A DNA stretch of 64,000 nt from assembly GCF_009914755.1 (NCBI RefSeq), contig NC_060930.1, one strand, 5' to 3'. The DNA is from the human T2T-CHM13v2.0 reference genome, Homo sapiens. Shown here piece after piece: positions 39,554 through 54,364 of this stretch; within the stretch, counting starts at the first letter, position 1; each line of letters begins with the position of its first letter. The translations under genes were made by a program, and so were the position numbers. The notes under the pieces are model-generated. The model was not told where the DNA came from and made no database searches. It saw only the letters and a list, made by a program, of their open reading frames with translations.

Positions 39554-41122
39554 CTGGAAATTCCAAAAGGATATACGTCACAAGAGGTGGGACAATATGC
39601 AGGGGCACCCAGCACCCTCTCCGTTTTGCTGTAACAAGGTCATAACCAGGGCCTTTGAAATATTCCCATTAAAAGTACCATACAATTGCCGCAAGCATGA
39701 ATGGTTCTCAAATTCTCATCCACTCTGCACATTTCCAATAATTAATGGATTTTAACTGTTTTATTTTTGTTGTTTGCAATGCTTCTTGGAAACACTGAAA
39801 TAGTACATCCATGTGGCCTGGAAGGGATCAGAATATTGTCCTTCCACCTTTGGCCAATACATCTCTCTGGAATAACTGGTATGGATTTTGACGTGTGTAT
39901 TGTGGAATCATTTATGCACATACAAGAGTATCTCGATCTGTCTAGCTGTCTTTATCTCTCTCTATAGGACTTCATATAGTATTGTGAGAGGTGGAACTAA
40001 CATAGAGTTCCTCAAAGAAATAATGGTATCCAGGATGATATCAATCCCAGGTCAGCTTTCTAACTCTTTGTGCTCAAAATGTAGCAAAAAGGCTCTATGT
40101 TATTATCATGGAAAACCATCATGCAAATAGTGTTACTGTCTGTCGATACCGTATCAGGTGGGTCAGAAAGGTTTGTTTCTGCAAGACTTATTAAAGCTTC
40201 CGTGCAAAACTAGCTTCCAGGCAGAATGCAGTATCTCTAGGATGGGTCCCAGTACATGACCTCCTCTCCTGCTCTCAGTCCATCTTCTACTGGCCGCAGC
40301 CACTCCGGGACTGAGGGAATGGGGGATGAGTTGAAGGAACAGTGGGTCCCAAGGCATAAACAGAGATGGATGAATAGACTATGAGATCTGAAGAGGTTAG
40401 GCAGCTATGGAGAAGTTAGTAGTTGGTCATTTGTGGTCATGACCATTTTTTTCATGTCTTTGGTAGCCACTTATGGCAGAGAGACTTGCCATTGGATGGT
40501 GGGACCCCAGCTTCTGTGCATCTATCTAACCCCCTCGCTTACTTTTCAGTCTCTGTCTCTCTCCTGAGTCTCATCTGTCTTTTTGCCTTTGTTCGTCTCT
40601 TCTTGGAAACCTGGACCTATTCAGACCACTGGTGCTCAGGACCCAGTGTGTTTCTGCTGATTGAAAGATACATAGATATTTATAGATAGAGATTTACCTC
40701 TCCATAGATATGCACGTATGCTTTCTTCGAGATCCAAGATAGAAAAGGCCAACACAACCCTCACTTCAGGAAATCAAGGTTAGAATGATAGAATTTTAAG
40801 GCAAAAAGGCTGCATTGGCCCTTAGAGTGTGTTGTGGAAAGGAACTCTAAACTTTTGGTAGCTTGTGATCCTATCTTTTTCTTAATGTGATCTTCTCGCC
40901 TCCAGATATCCTCCTGCTCTATAAAGCTATAAGGAAGGAGAGTCAGCTTAACATTTCTCTTCTCTCAGACCCTTTGCTCCAAGGCAATATTCCTGAGACA
41001 TTTTGCTATGCCCTCTGCATCTGAGACAAGTAGAGTCCTGAGCAGTTATCTCAAAGCAGGAGTCTTCTAAAAGAAACTTCAGTTGGCCCTTCCTTCTCTT
41101 ATGGTAAAGAACAAAGACGTAC

Positions 41123-41282
41123 GCATTTGGGTACTTTTCTGAGGTCCTACTGTGCTGGTGTGGTGTCATAGATGACCAAGCTTGGCAAGTGCTTCCTGTG
41201 ACGGTGGTGAAGTATGTGCCTCGATAACTCTGTCCATTTCCATGGTAGCACTCCTACATTGAAGGCCTTGGATCAATCAGTG
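41123..41282 (-). pseudogene. LPAL2: Kringle IV exon 1 with in-frame TAG
   Basis: 160 nt; [35 protein letters not shown]...; TAG at 41254-41256 where paralogues have CAG. Confidence 0.92.
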
Positions 41283-42558
41283 CTGAATTAAAACAGAAAA
41301 ATTCAAGGTGAGTATTTCCTAGGACAGGGAAACAGATGAAGCTATCAATGCCACAAACCAGAAATGAGTCTTCAAGAATTACAATCATTCTCTTTTTTTT
41401 ATTTGTAAGTAGATGGACATGAGAAAACAAACAAACACAAAAGCAACAGATTCCTACCATTCTGGAAATGTAGTAAGTTCTTCTAAATATTTCATATAAA
41501 AGCTTAGAGAAAAACAACAGTTCAGAGTCCTTTTCATGGGAAACTGCTCTCACGTGCAAGCTCATCTCTAGGGATCTCTACTGAATGTTCATGGAGACAA
41601 TGGGGCATGAGAGTACAAAGTGTGATGGATTTGGCAGTGCAGGCTTTAGGTGGCGATAGGCTGTTGAGGTCAGAGGTGGGGACAGACATGGAAACTTTGT
41701 GTGTTTCCTTAGACCCTTGATTACCAGAGCCCAGCCCTTCCGCTTCTGGGTGATCAGGCAGAAAACGGTTCTGTGTCTAGCACTGCAGGCAAAAACACTT
41801 CACTTATTAAGGATGGGAGAAGGCTAAAAGCTTATCCCCTTGGAGGAGAGACAAAATCCTCCTGTCCATTCTCTTTTCTTTATTCATAGTCTGATGAACA
41901 TTCTGCATTGCAGTAAAGCAGAAGTCTACTACTCCTTCACTCCAGACCCCCCACAGGTACAAATTTCATCAGAAGTAAGTGCAAGAACACTGAGAAATCA
42001 CTCCCTTCAAACTGAGGGCTGCAGAGCATTCCCAGGACTGAGGAAGGTCTGAAAGTTAGAGCCTGGGAGCTCACGTACTGCTCTACAGACCTAGGGTGAT
42101 ATGTAATTAATGCAGCCCTTCTATGTTTCTCAAGATTCACAGGCTCGAGAGCCCCATTTCTTGGAATCTACAATGCTGAAGATTGCATTGAATGCTGTCT
42201 ATTAGAGGAAATCCTTGGAGAAGTTACTGGCTTGGAAATAGTCACACATCTGACAGCATGTTACAATAGGAATTTTGGATTGGACACTGAGATAGCCCGT
42301 TTTACAACAAGGTGAGTGGTGAAGTCGAGCACCCTGGAGGGTTTGTGCCCATCCTAAAGACACAGCCCACTCATGCTGCACCAAAAATTACTCCTCTGGC
42401 TCCCCCAGACACGGCACTGAGGATTCCTTTAACATGGCATATCTTCAGCCATAATTCAAGCACTCGTGTAGCATGGAAGGCTTCTGCATTAGCAAGAGTT
42501 TCCATGGCTTTTCTATGCAGCATCGAAGTGTGCTGATGTCTGGCCACAGACTTCTTAC

Positions 42559-42740
42559 CTTGTTTGGAAGTATCCTCTCGTCTTGGAACCGGGATAATAG
42601 TCAGAGGCGCGGCCACAGCCCTATTCTTGTCTGAGCATCCTGTCAGGTTGCAGTACTCCCACCTGACTTTGGGATCCGTTGTATAACACCAAGGGCCTGC
42701 CGAACAATCCGGATTCCTGCAGTAGTTGGAGATCAAGCCA
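42559..42740 (-). pseudogene. LPAL2: Kringle IV exon 2
   Basis: 182 nt, AG/GT bounded; [60 protein letters not shown]. Confidence 0.94.
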
Positions 42741-45700
42741 CTGAAAATCACAAAACAATACACGTTAACAAGAGGTGGGACAATATGCAAGAATATCCGG
42801 CACCCTCTCCATTTTGCTGTAACAAGGTCATAACCAGTGCCTTTGAAATATTCCCGTTATGGGTACCATATGATTGCCACAAGCATGAATGGCTCTCAAA
42901 TTCTCATCCACTCTGCACATTTCTAATAGGTAATAGATTTTAACTGTTTTTTTTTTTAAGACCTGAAGTAGCAAATTCCTTTTAGAAACACTGAAATAAT
43001 ACATACATGTGGCCTAGAAGGGATGAGAATATCCTCCTTCCACCTTTGGCCAATCCATCTCTCTGGAATAAACGGTACAGATTTTGATGTGTGTATTGTG
43101 GAATCACTTATACACATACAAGATTATCTCGATCTGTCTAGCTCTCTTTCTCTCTCTCTACAGGACTTCATATAGTATTGTGCAAGGTGGAACTAACATA
43201 GGGTTCCTCAACGAAATAATGGCATCCAGGATGATATCAATCCCAGGCCAGCCTTCTAACTCTATGTACTCAAAATGTAGTGAAAAGCCTCTATGTTACC
43301 CATGGAAAACCATCGTGCAAATAGTATTGCTGTCTCTCGATGCCGTATCAGGTGAGTGAAAAGGTTTGTTTCTTCAAGACTTATAAAAGCTGCCCTAGAA
43401 AACAAGTTCCCAGACATGATGCAGTACCTCTAGGATGCATCCCTGGACAGGACCTCATCTCCTGCTCTCAGTCCATCCTCTACTGGTGGCAGCCACTCTG
43501 GGACTGAAGGAATGGGGAATGAGTTGAAAGAACAGTATGACTCAAGGCATAATGGGAGATGGCTGAATAGACTATGAGATCTGAAAAGGTCAGGCAGCTA
43601 CAGAGTTGTCAGCAAACAATGGCGCTAAGAGGCAAAGCAACTGAGAATCCCGTACTGGGTGTATCTTGGAGCATTTGCCTTTTGTTATGACTCCCAGGAA
43701 CATTGCTCCAACCTCTCAGAATTCTTACATTCATGACCTGTGGCTGTCTGTGAAGATGAGAAATGTATTATGGGCCATGGGGATCCAACACCTCTCTCTA
43801 GAAAATCTACACATGTGAGCTAGTCTCAAGCACAGAATGTCCATTCCAGGAAGCTGATTCTCAGAGCATTTGGATGTGCTCAGAGCCAAGCAGTTGAAAG
43901 ACTTCTTTTTCTTCCTTGGCTTCCCTCTTTTGGATACAAGGAGTCTTCTTGTTATAGAATATATTTCAGCCTTCAAAATTTAGGGATTGCTCTAGAATTT
44001 GCAATATCTCTCTGAAACCACATACTTCAACATTTTATTAATATTTTTAACCATCATAGATAAGGCAAGAAACTTACAATGGTATAATTCCTTTTATTTC
44101 CTATCTGATTTATGCCATGTTTTCAAATTTTTACTTCAAATATGCTAAAATAATATGTATTGCTGTCATTTTGCTTCAAGTAGTTAATGCTCATTTAAGT
44201 CAATTAAGAAATTTGATCAAGAAAATATTTTGCATTTACATCTACATTTGCCATTTGCTGCCTTCTTTATTATGTGGGATGCAGAAAGTTCCCCTCTTGC
44301 ACTATTCTTCTTCTACCTGATTTCCTTTGGGTTACATCTTTTGTTACATAAGCCTGCTGATTTCAAATTCTTACAGTTTTGGGTTTGTTTCGGGGGGGTG
44401 CACAAGATGCATTTATACAACATTTATGATATTCAAGGTATTTTATTGCTTGATGTAGCATTCTCAGTATATCTCTTCTTTTTCCTGTGTATTGTTTGGA
44501 CCATATTCCTTTGTATGCAGCTTGTCATGTTTCTGATGAGAACGCATTAGTCATTTGTATCACTGTTCCTCTAGCAGACACAGCTCTTTTTCCTCTAGTT
44601 TCTCATGGGATTTTTCTTGATACTGTATCTTTGTCTTCTGACAGACAAGCTGTGATGTACCAAAGTGCATCATAGAGTTTTCTTTTTGAAAATTCTCTTG
44701 CTGATCCATTGAGCTCCTTGAATCTGTAATCTTTTTATGCACCTCATTTTTGGAAGGTTTTCAGCCATCCTTGCTTCAAGTATTTGTTTCTGTTCCAATC
44801 TCTCATTCCTCTATTTCTGTGACTTCTTTCCCACATGCAGGAAATCTTTTATATTTTCCTTCATGTCTGTGAGGCTTGATTTCATTTTACAGTATCTGTG
44901 GATGTGTGTGTGTGTGTGTGTGTCTGTAACTTGTGCATCTGTGTGTGTGTGTGTGTGTAGCTGTTTCTTCAGCTTCTATGGGTTTGTTTTCAGTTAGTTT
45001 TTCTTCTTAACTTTTAACTGGATAGGGAGGCCATTCAGGAATTTTTTATTTAAGTCATACATTTCACTAGATTTTTAATTTGTTTTGACTTTTTTTTACT
45101 GTTACTTCCTCTTGATATTACATTTGTTTGGTTCCATATCCATGTTTTTTTAAATCCTAGAACTCAACTATCATACTGATATGCCCAATATTTATGCCAT
45201 TCTTATCATTTCTGTCACCTCGGCCTATTTGTATTGACTGATTTTTCTCCGGGTCATGGATCACACTAAATGATTTTCAATGTGTAGGCAGATTTTAATT
45301 TTAGGACTCACACAGCTGATATCGCACAGTTGAGCCACTTGATTTTGTTGTTTACCTCTAAAGAAGGTTGAGTTTTTCTCTAGCAGGCAGTAACTTGACT
45401 TGGACACCATTTTGATGCTTGGACACCTGCCTTTCAGCCTTGCTAGGTTTTCTCTATAGCTGCCTTAATTCTAGGAATACACTAATTCTACTCCTAAAGT
45501 CTGGCTTTTCTGGGGTCTCTGCTGAATGCCCAAGATGTTCAGTGTGGTCACTCTCCTCTGGCTGGTCAGAACTCCAACCGCCCCCAGTGCTATCTCAGCT
45601 CTGTGAGCTTTATTGAGCTCACTGTTGCCTTGTAGTTGCTGTTCCTCAGTAGATGTCCTTTGCCCTAGTCTCTTGTGGAACATTTTTCTGTGCACAAAAA

Positions 45701-46669
45701 ACTTTATGTTTAGTCAATGACTTGAAGAGATTTCTATACGTATTCCTAGAGCTCCTTTGCCCCACAAATCCGTTCTCATTCTTAGCTTGCCTAGAAAATC
45801 CTAGGTACCGGAAAATCCCAAACTCCAATCTCTCCTCCATTCAGCAAGATGGATACAGTCCACATGGGTTCCGTCTCCCTGCTCTTCCGTGCAGGAACGG
45901 TCCCAAGAAGAAAGCCAAGGAGGGCATCTGTGGAGTTGATCTCATTGTACTCCTTGTCACAATTCTCTCAGTCCTCTACCATCTGTTGTTTTACGTGTGG
46001 AAACCATTTTTCCATGTCCTTTGTAGCCACTTAGAGGAGAGAGACTGGCCATGAGTTGGTCAGACCCAGGCTTCTGTCCATCTGCCCACCCCTTTTATTT
46101 TTCAGCATCTGTCTCTTTGCTGTCTCTCATCAGCCTTCCTGCCTTTGCCCTTCTCTTTCTGGCACCTCATATCTGAGACCATTGCTGCTTGGGATCGAGT
46201 TTGTTTCTACCTATTGGAATAGACGTAGAAATAGAAAGCTTTGACTCTCCATAGATATGCACATACTCCTTCCTCGTGAGCCAAGACAGAAAGGGCCAAC
46301 ACAACTTTTACTTCAGGAATCAGAGGTTAGAATGATAGAATTCCAAGGTGGAAAGGCTGCATTGACTCTTACTGTGTGTTGTAGAAAACACTCTTAAGTG
46401 TTTGGTTATTTGTGGTCCTGACAGTTTTCGTAATGTGATCACCTCGCCTTCAGATAGCCTCCTGATGCATAAAGCTATGAGGAAGGAGAGCCAGATTAAC
46501 ATATCCTATCTCTGAGACCCTTTGCTTCAAGGCAATATTCCTGAGACATTTTGCTATGACCTCTACATCTGAAACAAGTTGAGTCCTGAGCACTTAGCTA
46601 GAAGCATGACTCTTCTAACAGAAACTTTAGTCAGCCCTTCCTTCTCTTATGGTAAAGAACAAAACGTAT

Positions 46670-46829
46670 GCATTTGGGTACTGTTCCGGGGTCCTACTGT
46701 GCTGGTGTGGTGTCATAGATGACCAAGCTTGGCAGGTTCTTCCTGTGACAGTGGTGAAATATGTGCCTCGATAACTCTGTCCATTTCCATGGTAGCACTC
46801 CTGAACAGAAGGCCTTGGCTCTGTCGGTG
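46670..46829 (-). pseudogene. LPAL2: Kringle IV exon 1 with dead donor (GT>AT; the skipped exon)
   Basis: 160 nt; [54 protein letters not shown] followed by ATACGT. Confidence 0.92.
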
Positions 46830-48057
46830 CTAAAATTAAAACAGGAAAAATTAAGCTGTGTATCTCCTAGAACAGGGAAACAGTTGAAGCCATTTATGAC
46901 ACAAACCAGAAAGAAGTCTTGGAGAATTACGACCATTCTCTTTTTTTTATTTGTACACAGATGAACATGAGAAAACAAACAAACACCAAAAGAACAGATT
47001 CCTACCATTCTAGAAATGCAGTAAGTTCTTCCCAATATTTCATGTAAAAGCTTAGAGAAAAACAACAGTTCAGAGTGCTTCTTATGGAAAACTGCGCTCA
47101 CGTGCAAACTGCTCTCTAGTGATCTCTACTGAATGTTCATGGGGATCACGGGGCATGAGAGAATAAAGGGCTACGCATTTGGCAGTGCAGACTGTAGATG
47201 GTGATTGGCTGCTGAGGGCGGAGGTGGGGACAGACATGGAAACCTCGCACGTTTCCCTAGACCATTGATCACGAGAGCCAAGGCCTTCAGCTTCTGGCTT
47301 CTGGCAGATTGGGAAGAAAACGGTTGTGCGTCTAGGACTGCAGGCAAAAATAGTTTGCTTCATAAGGATGGGTGGAGGCCAAAATCTTATCCCATTGGAA
47401 GAGAGATGGAATTTTCTCATGCCCCACATCCTGCATTGCAATAAAGCAGAAGTCTCCTACTCTTTCTCTCCAGACCCCCCACAAGTACAACTTCCATTAG
47501 AAAAAGGTGCAGGAACACTGAGAAATCACTCACTTCAAAGCCTAGGCCTGCAAATCTTGCCCAGGTCTGAGGAAGGCCTGAAAGATAGAGCCTTGGGAGC
47601 TCATGTAATGCTCCATGATGCAAGGGCAACATGGAATTAATGCAGCCCTGTTAAGTTTCTCAAGATTCACGGGCTTGAAAGCCACACATTTCTGAGAATC
47701 TGTGATGATGAAGATTGCACTGAATGTTGTCTACTTGAAGAAATCCCTGGAGAAGCTTACTGCATTGGAAAGAGACACATATCTGACAGCATGTTACAAT
47801 AGGAATTTTGGACTGGACACTGAGATAACTCATTTTACAATGAAGTGAGTGGTGATGTCGAGCACCCTGGAGGGTTTGTGCCTATCCAAAGACACAGCCC
47901 ACTCATGCTGCACCAAAAATTACTCCTCTGGCTCCCCCAGACACTGCACTGAGGATTCCTCCAAAATGGCAGATCCTCAATCAACATTGGAGCACCTGTG
48001 TAGAATGAAGCCTTCTGCATCAGTGGGAGTTTCCATGGCTTTTCTTCTTAGTGTCTA

Positions 48058-48357
<300 letters not shown>

Positions 48358-51300
48358 TCATAACCAGTGCCTTTGAAATATTCCCATTAGAGGTACCATA
48401 TGATTGCCACAAGCATGAATGGCTCTCAAATTCTCATCCACTCTGCACATTTCTAACAGGTAATAGATTTTAACTTTTTTTTTTAAGACCTAAAGTAGGA
48501 AATACCTCTTAGAAACACTGAAATAATACATACATGTGGCCTAGAAGGGATGAGAATATCCTCCTTCCATCTTTAGCCAATCCATCTCTCTGGAATACAT
48601 GGTATAGATTTTGACGTGTGTATTGTGGAATCACTTATACACATACAAGAGTACCTTCATCTGTCTAGCTCTCTTTATCTGTCTCTACAGGACTTCATAC
48701 AGTACTGCGAAAGGTGGAACTAACATAGAGTTCCTCGATGAAATAATGGCATCCAGGATGATATCAATCCCAGGCCAGCCTTCTAACTCTATGTACTCAA
48801 AATGTAGTGAAAAGCCTCTATGTTACCCATGGAAAACCATCGTGCAAACAGTATTGCTGTCTCTCGATGCTGTATCAGGTGAGTGAAAAGGTTTGTTTCT
48901 TCAAGACTTATAAAAGCTGCCCTAGAAAACTAGTTCCCAGACATGATGCAGTACCTCTAGGATGCATCCCTGGACAGGACCTCATCTCCTGCTCTCAGTC
49001 CATCCTCTACTGATGGCAGCCACTCTAAGGGTGACTGAGGGAATGGGGAATGAGTTGAAAGAACAGTATGACCCAAGGCATAATGGGAGATGGCTGAATA
49101 GACTATGAGATCTGAAAAGGTCTGGCAGCTACAGAGTCATTGGCAAACAATGGCGTAAGAGGCAAAGCAACCAAGAATCTCGCGCTGGGTGTATCTTGGA
49201 GCATTCATTCGCCTTTTGTTATGACTCCCAGGAACATTGCTCCAACCTCTCAGAATTCTCAGATTCACGACGTGAGGCTGTCTGTAAAGACAAGAAATGT
49301 ATTATGGGCCATGGGGATCCAACTACTCTCTCTAGAAAATCTACACATGTGAGCTAGTCTCAAGCACAGAATGTCCATTCCAGGAAGCTGATTCTCAGAG
49401 CATTTGGATGTGCTCAGAGCCGAGTAGTTGAAAGACTTCTTTTTCTTCCTTGGCTTCCCTCTTGGATACATGGAGTCTTCTTGTTATAGAATATATTTCA
49501 GCCTTCGAAATTTAGGGATTGCTCTAGAATTTGCAATGTCTCTTTGAATGCACATATTTCAACCTTTTATTAATATTTTTTACCATCACAGATAAGGAAA
49601 GAAACTTACAGTGGTATAATTCCTTTTATTCCCTATCTGATTTATGCTACATTTTCAAATTTTTACTTCAAATGTGCTAAAATATATTGCTGTCATTTTG
49701 CTTCAAGTAGTTAATGCTCATTTAAGTCAATTAAGAAATTTGATCAAGAAAATATTTTGCATTTACATCTATGTGCCATTTGCTGCCTTCTTTATTATGT
49801 GGGATGCAGAAGGTTCTCCTCTCATACTATTCTTCTTCTACCTAATTTCCATTGGGTTACGTCTTTTGTTGCATAAGCCTGCTGATTCCAAATTCTTATA
49901 GTTTTTGGTTTCCTTGTTTCGGGAGTGCACAAGATGCATTTACACAACATTGATGATATTCAAGGTATTTTCTTGCTTGATGTAGCATTCTCAGTATATC
50001 TCTTCTTTTTCCTGTGTATTGTTTTAAGATATCCCTTTGTACGCAGCTTGCCATGTTTCTGATGAGAACGCATTAGTCATTTGCATCACTGTTCCTCTAG
50101 CAGACACAGCTCTTTTTCCTCTGGTTTCTCATGGGATTTTTCTTGATACTGTATCTTTGTCTTCTGACAGACAAGCTGTGAGGTAACAAAGTGCATCACA
50201 GAGTTTTCTTTTTGCAAATTCTCTTGCTGATCCATTGAGCTCCTTGAATCTGTAATCTTTTTATGTACCTCATTTTTGGAAGGTTTTCAGCCATCCTTGC
50301 TTCAAGTATTTGTTTCTGTTCCAATCTCTTATTCCGCTATTTCTGTGACTTCTTTCCCACATGTAGGAAATCTTTTTATATTTTCCTCCCTGTCTGTGAG
50401 GCTTGGTAGATTTCATTTTACAGTATTTGTGGATGTGTGTGTGTGTGTCTGTTTATAAGTTGTGTATCTGTGAGAGTGTGTGTGTGTAGCTGTTTCTTTA
50501 GCTTCTATGGATTTTTTTTTTCAGTTAGTTGTTCTTCTTAAACTTCTAACAGGATAGGGAGGCCATTTAGTAATTTTTTATTTAACACATCCTTTTCACT
50601 AGATTTTTGATTTGACTTTTTTATACTGTTAATTCCTCTTGCTATTACATCTGTTTGGTTCCATATCCATGTTTTTTTAAATCCTAGAACTCAGTTATCA
50701 TACTGATATGCCCAATATTTATGCCATTCTTATCATTTCTGTCACCTGGGCCTATTCATATTGACTGATGTTTCTCCTGGTCATGGATCACACTAAATGA
50801 TTTTCAGTGTGTAGGCAGATTTTAGTTTTAGGACTCACACTACTGATATTGCATAGTTGAGCCACTTGGTTTTGTTGTTTACCTGTAAAGAAGGTTGAGT
50901 TTTTCTCTAGCAGGCAGTAACTTGACTTGGACACCATTTCGATGCTTGGACACTTGCTTTTCAGCTTTGCTAGGTTTCTCTGGAGCTGCCTTAATTCCAG
51001 GAATATGCTAATTCTACTCCTAAAGTCTGGCTTTTCTGGGGTCTCTACTGAATGCCCAAGATGTTCAGTGTGATCACTCTCCTCTAGCTGGTCAGAACTC
51101 CAATCGCCCCAGTGCTATGTCAGCTTTATTGAGCTCACTGTTGTCTTGTAGTTGCTGTTCCTCAGTAGATGTCCTGTGCCCTAGTCTCTTGTGGAACATT
51201 TTTCTGTGCACAAGGAGCTTTATGTTTAGCCAATGACTTGACGAGACTTCTAAATGTATTCCTAGAGCTCCTTTGTCCCACAAATCCGTTCTCATTCTTA

Positions 51301-54300
51301 GCTGTCCTAGAAAATCCTAGCTGCCTGAATAATGCCAAACTCCAGTCTCTCCTCCATTCAGCAAGATGGATACAGTCTGCATGGATTCCGTCTCCCTGCT
51401 CTTCAGTGCAGGAACGGCATCCAAGAAGAAAGCCAGGGAGGGCATCTGTGGAGTTGATCTCATTGTTCTCCTTCTCGCAATTCTCTCAGTCCTCTACCAT
51501 CTGTTGTTTAACGTGTGGAAACCGTTTTTCCAGGTCTTTTGTAGCTATTTAGAGCAGAGAGACTGGCCATGAGTTGGTCAGACCCGGCTTCTGTCCATGT
51601 ACCCACCCCTTTTATTTTTCAGCATCTGTCTCTTTGCTGTCTCTCATCAGCCTTCCTGCCTTTGCCCTTTTCTTTCTGGCACCTCATATCTTTTCAGACC
51701 ATTGATGCTTGGGATCGAGTGTGTTTCTACCCATTGGAATAGATGTAGAAATAGAAAGAGATTCGACTCTCCATAGATATGCACATACTCCTTCCTCGTG
51801 AGCCAAGACAGAAAAGGCCAACACAACTTTTACTTTGGGAATCAGAGGTTAGAATGATAGAATTCCAAGGTGGAAAGGCTGCATTGACTCTTACTGTGTG
51901 TTGTAGAAAACACTCTAAGTGTTTGGTCATTTGTGGTCCTGACAGTTTTCGTAATGTGATCACCTCGCCTTCAGATAGCCTCCTGATGCATAAAGCTATG
52001 AGGAAGGAGAGCCAGATTAACATTTCTTATCTCTGAGACCCTTTGCTTCAAGGCAATATTCCTGAGACATTTTGCTATGCCCTCTACATCTGACACAATT
52101 TGATTCCTGAGCACTTAGCTAGAAGCACGTCTCTTCTAACAGAAACTTCAGTCAGCCCTTCCTTCTCAGGTGGGATGATATGCAGGGCACCCAGCACCCA
52201 GCACCCTCTCAATTTTGCTGTAACAAAGTCATAACCAGTGCCTTTGAAATATTCCCATTAAAGGTACCATACAATTGCTACAAGCATGAATGGCTCTCAA
52301 ATTCTCATCCTCTCTGCACATTTGTAATATCTAATAGATTTTAACTGTTTTTTTTTTAAGACCTAAGTAGCAAATGTTTCTTAGAAGCAAAGAAATAATA
52401 CATACATGAGGGCTAGGAGGGATCCGAATACCCTCCTTTAGCCTTTGGCCAATCCATCTCTCTGGAATACCTGGTATGGATTTTGATGTGTGTATTGTGG
52501 AATTGCTTATGCACATACAAGAGTATTTTCATCCGTCTAGCCCTCTTGATCTCTCTCTATAGGACTTTATAAAGTATTGTGCAAAGTGGAACTAACATAG
52601 AGTTCTCCAAAGAAAAAATGCCATCCAGGACGATATCATTTCCAGGCCAGCCTTCCAACTCTATGTACTCAAAGTGTAGTAAAAAGCCTCAGTGTTAGCC
52701 ATGGAAAACCATCGTGAAAATAGTATTACTGTCTGTAGACACTGTATCAGGTGGGTCTAGAATATTTCTTTCTGCAAGACTTATCAAAGCTGCCCTAGAA
52801 AACTGGTTCTCAGGCAGGATGCAGTATCTCTAGGATGGGTCCCTGGACACGACCTCGTCTCCTGCTCTCACTCCATTCTCTAGTGGCAGCAGCCACTCTG
52901 GGACTGAGGGCATGGGGGATGAGTTGAAAGAACAGTGGGACCCAAGGCGTAAAGGGAGATGGTTGAATGAACTATGAGATCTGAAGAGGTCGGGCAGCTA
53001 CGGAGGAGTCAGCAAACAATGTAGTAAAAGGCAAAGCAGGTGAGAATTCCGTGTTTGGTGTATCTTGGAGCATTCGCTCCCCCTTATGACTCCCAGAAAC
53101 ATTGCTCCAACCTCTCAGAATTCTCAACATTCACGACCTGTGGCTGTTTGTGAAAATGGGAAATGTATTATGCGCCATGGGGATCCAACACTGTCTCTCT
53201 AGAGACTCTACACATGTGACCTAGTCTCAACCCCAGACCCTCCATTCCAAGAACCTGGTTCTCTGAGCATTTGGAGGTGCTCAGACCAGAGCAGTTGAAA
53301 GACTTCTTTTTCTTCTTTGGCTGTCCTCTTTTCAATACATGGAATATTCTTGTTATAGAAAATACTTTAGCATTCAAAATTTTGTGATTACTCTAGAATT
53401 TGCAATATCCCATGAACCCAAACAACTTTTTATTAATATTTGTTACCATCATTGATAAGACAAGAAACTTACAATGATATAATTCTTTTATTCCCTACAT
53501 GATTTATGCTATGTTTTCAAGTTTTTACTTCTACATATGCTAAAATAATATATATTGCTGACATTTTACTTCAAGTTGTCAACTCTTATTTAAGGCAATA
53601 AAGAAATTTGAACAAGAAAATATTTTGCATTTACATCTACATTTGCCATTTGCTGGCTTCTTCATTACCTGGGATGCAGAAAGTTCCCCTCTTGTACTAT
53701 TCTTCTACCTATTTTCCTATCGGTCACACTTTTTGTTACGTAAGTGTCCTGATTCCAAATTTTTATAGTTTTTGGTTTTCTTGTTTGGGGAATTGCAAAA
53801 TACGCATTTATACAACATTGATGATATTGAAGGCATTTTATGGCTGGATGTAGCATTCTCAGTTGATCTCTTTTTTTTTTTCCTGTTTATCATTTTGATG
53901 ATATTCCTTTGTATGTGGCTTGCCATATTTCTGATGAGAACACATTAGCCATTTGTATCACTGTTCCTCTAGAAAGACACAGCACTTTTTCCTCTGGTTT
54001 CTCTGAGATTTTTATGATACTATGTCGTTGTCTTGATAGTCGAACTGTAATGTATCAAAGTGCATCATAGAATTTTCTTTTTGAAAATTCTCTTTCTGAC
54101 ATATTGAGCTTCTTGTACCTGTAATTTTTAAATGTTCATTATATTTGGAAGGTTTTAAGCCACTTTTGCTTCAGGTATTTATTTCTGTTCCAGTTTCTCA
54201 TTCCTCTACTTCTGTGACTTGCTTCCCACATGAAGAAAATCTTTGCATGTTTTCCTTCATGTCTGTGAGGCTTGGTTGATTCAATTTTACCGCATTTGTG

Positions 54301-54331
54301 GATGTGTGTGTGTGTTTGTAAGGTTGTGCAT

Positions 54332-54364
<33 letters not shown>

